A stretch of DNA of 56,747 nucleotides, counting the filler, from Sphacelaria rigidula (lineage: Eukaryota), in assembly GCA_964200075.2 (NCBI GenBank). It is 7 parts of 7 records of this genome, joined end to end, with 100 filler letters (N's around TTAATTAATTAA, not from the genome) between each part and the next. Parts side by side here need not be neighbours in the genome. Positions count along the whole stretch, not along the records: positions 48,728 to 56,747 come from CAXNAA020012610.1; 6 more parts are not named here. The stretch is one strand, 5' to 3'. Under the pieces are notes generated by a model, which searched no databases, had not been told where the DNA came from, and saw only the letters and a list, made by a program, of their open reading frames with translations. Position 1 is the stretch's first letter, and every line of letters starts with the position of its first letter. Made by a program: the position numbers and the translations under genes. This document shows, piece after piece, positions 49,560 to 56,747 of this stretch.

Positions 49560-50800
49560 AGATACCGGGGCAGGCTCAAGTAGATATCGGTTTCTAACTC
49601 CGACTGAATGAAAGTCTGGTCTACGTCCACGTACATCAACTTCCTGTGTAGCTTACATGCCACAGACGCCACCAACCCGTTAGAAGCAGCAGAGGTCGTG
49701 CGGTCAAACGTCTCAAAGTAGGCCACTCCCTTTATCTGACCGTACTGCATAGCTGCCGAGGGGATTTTTTCCCGGTACACCATACCATGCGAACCTCCCT
49801 TTCACTCTTACAACCACTTAGTGTCTATGATGTTGCACCCCTCAGGAATGCCAGTCGCCCCCGCAAGCGTTCCGGCAGCTATGTGCCCATTGAACTCTAT
49901 TCCATCTTCATTGCCTCAATCCACACGTCATCGTGGTGCGATGAGCATGCCGCAGGATACGACAACAGCTCCGGCCTCGGTTCGCGAACGAGACGTTTGG
50001 GTAGCTGGCCCGGCTTACGTGTTACCTCTTGTTTCGCCAAAAGCCCGTGGATCATTTTCTCCTTTCATGGTGTCCTAAGATAGTCGCGAGGGCAGCTGCT
50101 TCCCTGATTGAGCATTCGCGTCTGCGCCCTAGGTTCCCCAAGCTCCTCGCTGTTCCCTGATGCAACCAGATGTGACTCCAGTTGGCGCGTCGCAGTCCGC
50201 GCTGCCGCTGGAACACTTTCGTTCGAGGGGGACGAACCGCTGCCCTCAGCCGAGAGGTCGCCGTCGGCAGACGGCTCACTATTCGCCGATGGCAAACACT
50301 CACCTGAAGAAGCAGTTAGTTGTTGTGTCGGGGGCCGGCCGATTTTTATCGTCAACAGCGAGCCCGTCTCACCTTCACTGCGATGGTCTGCACTCTACGC
50401 CGGAGATGTCACGCGACGATGATGGGTGATTCCTCTCCTCAGTGACAGTAATGAAGTCGGTGGGGCAGAATCGGAATCATCTATCCCTCCTGGCTCAGGA
50501 GTCTTGCCCAGCTCCGACGGTCATCCCAACAGTGACGTCCCTTCCCTTCCAGCTCCGACACCCCTGCCAATCCCGGCGGAACTGGCCACTGTAGTTGCGC
50601 CGGCGCAACCATAACCGGCGGCGCCTCCCAGGTGAGGTTCCTTGTCTCCACTACTTTGTTTGCCCACGTCAGCACCCGCAATGAATCGCGGGGATGGTCG
50701 ATGCCGGGACCGAGGTATAGGCTGCTCTCGCAGGTACGGAACGACAGTGATGAGCGATTCCAGCGGAACAATCTGGACGAAGACACGGGTGCGGTGATGC
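49560..50800 (-). mobile_element. Decayed Ty1/Copia fragment (post-integrase region and RT N-terminus)
   Basis: LYLGPGIDHPRDSLRVLT...VVETRNLTW, then YGQIKGVAYFETF...YVDVDQTFIQSELETDIYLSLP. Confidence 0.8.
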
Positions 50801-51360
50801 AGGTACTGTCTTACCGTGGCACATTTTGCACTGCGACTTGTCACCTGGGTTGAACGTCGTTGGGGTGTGACTCAGGTCGTCACATGTTGAAAGTCTTCCA
50901 CGTGTGGCGCTGTCTCATGAGACAGGCTAGCACAGGTTGCACAGTGGCTGTGAAGCTCACTTGCGACGTGCAGTGATAAAAGAGAAACGTCGGATGGTGT
51001 TCGGTGGCGATTTTCGGCCAAGCAGAATCAAACACAGCCTCTTTTCGACGCGGAGAGCGGGAGAAAAGCTGGCTGAGCTGGAAGAGTGAGAACGGTGTCA
51101 ATCGAAATCGAACCAAAGCGCTATCACTTCCTCGAATATTAATAAATTCTGCGCACGTACGTCCAATAAAAGTGCATAATCCGGTCCAAGCAGCTCGTGC
51201 TGCTGACGCGGTAGTCGTACCAGCTTTTGCACTAGATCTATTGTAATTTTCTACGCCAGATCTACTTTAGCTTTAGTGGCCCAGTTACTCTACTAGTGTG
51301 ATATGAGGCAGAAAAGGGTATTCACCTGACCCCGTCATTCTCGGCGTTTAAATAAGATAT

Positions 51361-51662
51361 TGTTAGAAAAGGTGTCGTTAGGACCCCTTTGACGTGATCG
51401 CTAGAGTTGGCGCAATGGTACTTAATTAAGCCAAGCAAGCAGACAAGCTTGGAGTGTAGACAGCAGATACTGTTCGAGGTGCCGCTTGCGGGCAAGACAG
51501 TCCAAACAACTGAGGAGAGTGGGAGCAAGCCAACCACTGCTACGCTCTATATCAGACCAAACTATCGTGAGCAGTACCGGCGATCCACAGAATGCCCCCA
51601 TACAAATGCAATACCATACGAAGCGTTGACGAGAGTAAGCCCCACAGCCTCAGTTTCTAACA
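51361..51662 (-). repeat. 3' LTR (302 bp) of the Copia element
   Basis: Bounded by TGTTAGAAA...TTTCTAACA inverted termini. On the minus strand it is preceded by the polypurine tract GAGGGGGGGA. Confidence 0.8.
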
Positions 51663-52809
51663 TCCCCCCCTCAACGCAAGTACAAGTCTTACTCCCTCAC
51701 ACTCCCCCTCAATGCAAGTACATACCAGTTTCAACCACCCAGCTCAATACAGCCGTTCTGGTACTCAAGGACGAAACAATAACGGGTCCCACAGCCAGCA
51801 AGAACTCAGATTTTGGATGTGTTGATCAGCTTGAAGAGATGGCAGTGCCTTTCCCTGCTGAGGTACTTGGTTCCTATGTCGGCGAGTTGGTCTACGGTCT
51901 TAACGTAACGAATGTCGATCTTTTTTCCTTGGCTCACTCCTGAATGAAGAAGTACCGTATAGCTACGTGCTTGACTCTCGAGTTGTAGGTTCGGTTGCCT
52001 GCGACGTGGAGAGTTGAAGTGTTGTCGATGTAGACGGGGACGGAGTCAAAGCATGTGCCAAATCTCATCTCCCGCAACATGTCCGCGCAAAATATGGCCT
52101 CCTTCATGGTGAGTGCAGCGGTCACGAATTCTGCTTCCATGGTCGATTGCACCGTCAATTCTTGTAGTCCTACCTTAAAACTGATGAGGCCATTCGAGTG
52201 ACAGAGAAGAGATAATATGACGATGTTGATTTTCCGTTGTCCGGGTTATTGCCCCAGCTCGCCTCTGAAAAAACCGTCAATCAGAAGCCATCCTGGTTGT
52301 AGGTGATACCATGGTCCGTAATGCCGACCATATATCGAAGTAGGTATTTTGCAGCTTCCACATGCGCCTTCGGCGGTTTGGACATCGCCCGCGCCAGTTG
52401 ATTCACGCCGTATCCAATGTCGTACCGGGTCACTCGAGCGAGATACCTCACACTGCCTGTGATGGCCTGGAAGCGCTGTTGGTCCTCCTCCTTTAGTGTT
52501 TTGTCCCTCGACTGGTCCAGTGCCAGTTCTTGTCCTGCCCCAGGAGTGCACGCCGGGTTGCAGTTCGCCATCCTGTATCGTTCCTGGAGAGACTTGTTGT
52601 AATTTGTGTGGCTGGTGTTGACTATCTTGCTATTACGGTTACGAACAACCTCCATTCCCAGCACTAATGATGCATCTCCCATGCCCGTCATAAAAGAACG
52701 TCCCATTAGTTCCTGCTTGATTCTTTCCAGCACCTTGGAGTCAGTCTGCCACCGCTCCAGGTTGTACCCCCCAACTATTACCGACGTCATGCGAATAAGC
52801 TGAATCCTG

Positions 52810-53060
52810 GACACTTTCTACGATACCCCCCCCCCCCAAAACCAGCCCAGCAGTGTCACGAAAAAAATGGTCATATAGGGCGTGATGCTTGGGTTCAGGC
52901 TGCATGAAGCACCTCATACTGGCGACATTGGCTAAGATGAACCCAAGCGTGGGAATGCCCAGCTGCTCGTTATCCCCGACTTTTCCCATTTCGATTTACG
53001 TCAAGATTTCGCTTCCCAGAACCATGTACTTTTCTGGGGGGGGCTATCGTAGAAAGTGTA
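52810..53060. mobile_element. GACACTTTCTACGATAGC MITE copy, 251 bp, TSD CCTG, nested in the Copia element
   Basis: TIRs at both ends. CCTG at 52806-52809 and 53061-53064. Confidence 0.9.
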
Positions 53061-53133
53061 CCTGCAGATCGGGATAACTGCCGCAACCGAAAACGGGAAC
53101 TTTTTTCTCGTCCAGCACGCCGACTCGATCGTT

Positions 53134-53266
53134 GCAGCAGCAGCAGCAGCAGCAGAAGCAGCGGTAGTAGCAGCAGTAGTAGTAGTCATAGTCGTAGCTG
53201 TTAATGATGATGATGGTGGTGGAGGTGGTGGTGGTAATTGTAATGTTGTTGTTGTTGTTGTTGTTG
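53134..53266. repeat. Compound trinucleotide microsatellite (GCA)n(GTA)n(GAT)n(GGT)n(GTT)n
   Basis: Read directly from the sequence. Confidence 0.95.
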
Positions 53267-56080
53267 CGGGCTACCATGCGTGCACATGTCACCATGAAGC
53301 GAGTGTCGATGATAATGGAGTAGCGATGGTTCTGCGAGCCGGATCACCATGTGTTCGCCAAATCCGTCCCGTGAGTGTGTCACGAGTTGCTCCGGCAGTG
53401 TACCACCCTGCGGAAGACCATCGTGCGCAAGCGTCCCTCCACGGGTCGGGGCACCGTCGTGCATATCTCGCCTGGTGATGACGTTGGTTCTCCCCAAAAG
53501 CTCGCCCTCTTGTGAATTTCTAGCGCGCCCGCCGGCAGTCGCATGGTCGGCAAAGACATGAGCCGGATGAGTGAATACCGAAGTGTGATTGCGAAGCTCG
53601 CGTATGAAAGCGTCATTGGGGGTGTAGTTGTAACCCTGATTGCCGCCAGGCTCGTCGTCGTTGGGTAGTGAAGGGTATTAAATGTAGACGCGATAGCACT
53701 CACTGTTATTGTCATACCTAAGCAATCGTCCTCCGACTGCCTCGGGAGACCTTTCTGAGTGCCCCAATTGGTGTGGACGAACCCCTTGGGCCTCAATGAC
53801 TCGAGGATGTCTTCGATCTGGTTTTCTCCCCTGCAGCATCTTGTGCGGACATTGCCTTCTTAGCGTGAAGTGCGGTGCTCTCTTTGCAAGGTAGGATGTC
53901 CTGAGCATTGATTCACCCCCTTTGTCTGCCCTGAGTCGTTCGACCCGAACGCCGCCGGTCCCACCCATGGTCATGACCAGTTGGAAGATGCGTTGCACTT
54001 TATTGTTGGCTGTCTTCGGATGGGCTAGTTGATGGCTTTTCCCAACAGCACAAATATTCCAGTCTGGGACAGATCTACCGAAGTTCACTCCGTTGCTTTC
54101 GACGGTTTCAAGAAGGTTCAAACTATTATTGCTGTCCATGTGCCCCATCCGCCGATACCACAGCGTGGCGGCGTCTGCAGCTTGCGTAGCCAGCCCAGGC
54201 GCGTCGTTGCCGATGATTACTTCTGGAGAAACAGAGTACAGGTCACTCTCTAGCTCCTGCAGTGGAACGGTGAAGTTGTTTGTTATCAGTCTTGGGTTGT
54301 TCATCTCAAAAATAGATATCACTTCATTTCGTGTCGCTTGCTTGACGGAGAGCAGATTCCGTCCCAAGTCAGGCACGGCTGAATACGAAATCTGGACCAG
54401 GCGTTTGACCCCTTCGTCGTCTTTGATGTGTCCGTAGAGCAGTCCCTTACCAACCCCTACCAGTTGGTGCCCCCCTGCGGTGGTGATCTTACGCGGGATC
54501 GCCAATCCCTGGTAGTTGTAGAGTTTGTGTCGCAGCCCCGGGATGAGGGTATCGTCAAAGTAATATCCCGACGCGCCGCTGTCTACCACGACACTGACAG
54601 AGCTGACAGAGTTGACAGAGCTGGCGCTGCCCTCCTTACACTTGTTGAGAACGGGTCCCACCGCAAGAGCCGACCCATCATCAGCGCCGGTGATATCGCC
54701 AAATGTTTCAGCGTTGTCGTAGGGGTTCGACGTGGCTCGGTGGTATAATGAGCTCCCAAATATCAACGTAATGAACCACGACTATTATGGCCAACGCGTG
54801 GACTGTTGGGGAAAGTGCCTTCTTGATTCCCCCCAATATGTTGTGAGTCCTGCGCCGGAACTCCAGACGGCCGGCCTCCTCGGCTCCATCCGTCCCTTCG
54901 AAGGCGCCGAAGAATCCGCTGCTGTCAAATGCAGCAAAGGGCTGGTTCATTGGAGCGAACGGCCAAAGGTTGTCCGTTTCGCGGGAATTTTGTGTTCTGG
55001 GCACTTTTAAGGCATTGAAGGAGATGGCCGGGGTCTGCTCCCTTGCACCGGTAACTGGTGGGTAGCCCGACCACTGCGCGAGATTTGCTGCCTGCTGGTT
55101 GCGCCGTTGCAAGAAATGGCACTCTTCGTCGCTGTGGGTCGTTGACATGTGGAAGGAGCACCACTTGCCTTCTATCTCTTCTTCCGTGTCTTCCCCTGTC
55201 AGTGCTTCGGTCGCCTTTCGAGCGGGGCAATTTCTTTTAACATGGCCTCGCTGTGCGCAGCGGAAACATTTTTTTCGCTTTTTTCTGATATCACCACTTC
55301 CCCTGGCCTGCATGACAACCCCGCGGCCCGCGACCAAGTTGATGGCATCTGAGTGAGAGAGATAGTCGGTATACATGGTGCTTACCATGTATCGAAGACC
55401 CGCCAACCTAAAATCACGCCTTTCGCAGCTAGCAATACGGACCCTTTCGTACTCGGCAGGCAGGGCTCGGAGGATAATGTCCTCGTACCGCTCGTCGGGT
55501 ATACAGTATCCCATTTCATCTAGGCGGTCACGGTAGCCGTCCATGACAAGCAGAAAGTCTTCCGGATCATCTCCGGACTGCATCGTTGTTGTGCGAAGTT
55601 TGTCGTGGAACTCGCTTCGCGTCTCCTTGCTGTCACCGTTATATTTGTTGTGCAGCGCTGCCCACGCCGCGTGTCCATCCCCGACCCCGTCCTGTTGGGT
55701 TTTCCCTATATGTCGCCTGACGGTATTGTTCGCTGATTTTTCCGTGCTAAAAAACAGATTACTAAACACATCATTGTTTGCACGATCCCACGCCACTGAA
55801 GTTGTCGTGTCACACGGTGGTTGGTCATCGTTGATTATGGTGGATCTGGGTCTTGGCTGCCCCTGCAGGATTTCTGCAGCCGTATTGTGGTGGAGGGACA
55901 GGATCACCCGGAGTCTTCTTTATGAAAAAACCGAACTGTTTTGTTTTTACAGAGGTTGCGAAATCTGGTACATGTTGCTACGCCGGGCGACCTCTTTGCA
56001 GACGCCAGCCAGTGGTTTATTATGGAGCATTCTTGTTTCCTGTGGGTTCATATCTCGCCCCAGGTGGTAATGCGTGACAT

Positions 56081-56747
56081 CGTTACATCGGAATTTGTTT
56101 TTGAAAGCTAATGTACCGAGGTGTTCATGCAGCCAGCGCGCGTGCTCCAGATTGCAGCATGGACGCACCCCTCTGCGCCACGCTCGCAACGGTTAGATCA
56201 CTACCATAGGTGTCTTTTTCACTCCGCATGTCAAGAAAGTCTCCACAAGTGTTTGATGTCTCATACACCCCCCCCAACTGGCGTCTCGCACGCTGTTGTC
56301 GTTGGGCACCCAGAGGATCCCTCACATACATGTCGGGAAAAATCAACGATGAGTAACATCCCCCACGTTCAAATTGGATATACCTGTTGTTTTCGCCGCA
56401 CCACCGCCCTTGCTGGCATGTGTGTGACAGAGAACAGTAGTAGCGGTGACGGGAACATTGCCCTATTTGTCAACGAAATGTTTTTCAGCGCGCAGAGACG
56501 CGTCCTGTCCAAAAAGAGAGGCATAGAGAAATCCATCTTCGCATTGGCCACAGGCAAGAAGAGACGGAATCTCTCCGCACCTCGATGTTCTGGCACATGG
56601 AAAATTGGGTACATGCTGGTAATATCGATGATATCAGTCTCTCGAGCGATTGGCAATCGCCGAGCGAGGACACACAAAGGACACGGGCGAGGAGCTTCCT
56701 CTCTGTCGTTGCTTCTCTCTCTGGTGATATCGTCATCTGCACGCATG
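56081..56747 (-). mobile_element. Possible 3' end (PPT plus LTR) of another LTR element
   Basis: Minus-strand GTGGGGGA directly followed by TGTTAC at 56357. Upstream YPIFHV resembles the Gypsy integrase HPVFHV motif. Confidence 0.4.

Larger units (their letters stand above)
51361..56055 (-). mobile_element. Ty1/Copia retrotransposon, decayed (gag, PR, IN, partial RT, RNase H)
   Basis: gag ORF 54708-55907 with CFRCAQRGHVKRNC. Protease VVDSGAS, integrase zinc-binding WYRRMGH...ICAVGKS, RT C-terminus (MGDASLVLGM, FQAITGS, TRYDIGYGVNQLAR), RNase H QSTMEAE...DNTST...KHVAIRYFFI. PBS-like GATATGAACCCA at ~56043-56054. No matching 5' LTR seen. Confidence 0.92.

Noticed and set aside
53001..53497. 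Poly-Ala/Gln/His/Thr ORFs
   Set aside because: They are artefacts of the compound microsatellite.
56055..56357. 5' LTR of the 51.4-56 kb Copia element
   Set aside because: The length is similar to the 3' LTR but no sequence similarity is visible, and it is preceded by its own purine tract.

Overview
This is a eukaryotic, intron-rich and repeat-rich genomic scaffold. It is probably from a brown alga or related stramenopile, which is an inference from the long introns, roughly 50% GC and the transposon landscape. Six 100-bp assembly gaps each carry an artificial TTAATTAATTAA linker. Five spliced host genes are partly reconstructable. (1) Mitochondrial ribosomal protein L46 on + (3 phase-compatible exons, 1610-7387). 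(2) An unusual minus-strand gene with a 2.65-kb exon: an EB1-type calponin-homology C-terminus, a long disordered Arg/Ser/Pro-rich region, 26-aa repeats and a C2HC zinc finger. (3) A coiled-coil protein on + (3 phase-compatible exons, 25794-30722). (4) WDR18/IPI3 on - (2 exons). (5) NUDT1/MTH1 on - (first exon). Introns and intergenic DNA are packed with non-autonomous DNA transposons: a ~250-bp MITE family with 4-bp TSDs, TA-targeting mariner/Stowaway-like elements, hAT-like elements with subterminal repeats and foldback elements. There are also minisatellites, a (CAAT)n-tailed retroposon and a repeat carrying (TTAGGG)n. The last ~15 kb is a nest of decayed Ty1/Copia and Ty3/Gypsy LTR retrotransposons, including a gag+protease-only element with two LTRs. 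No CRISPR, rRNA, tRNA or prokaryotic system is supported.
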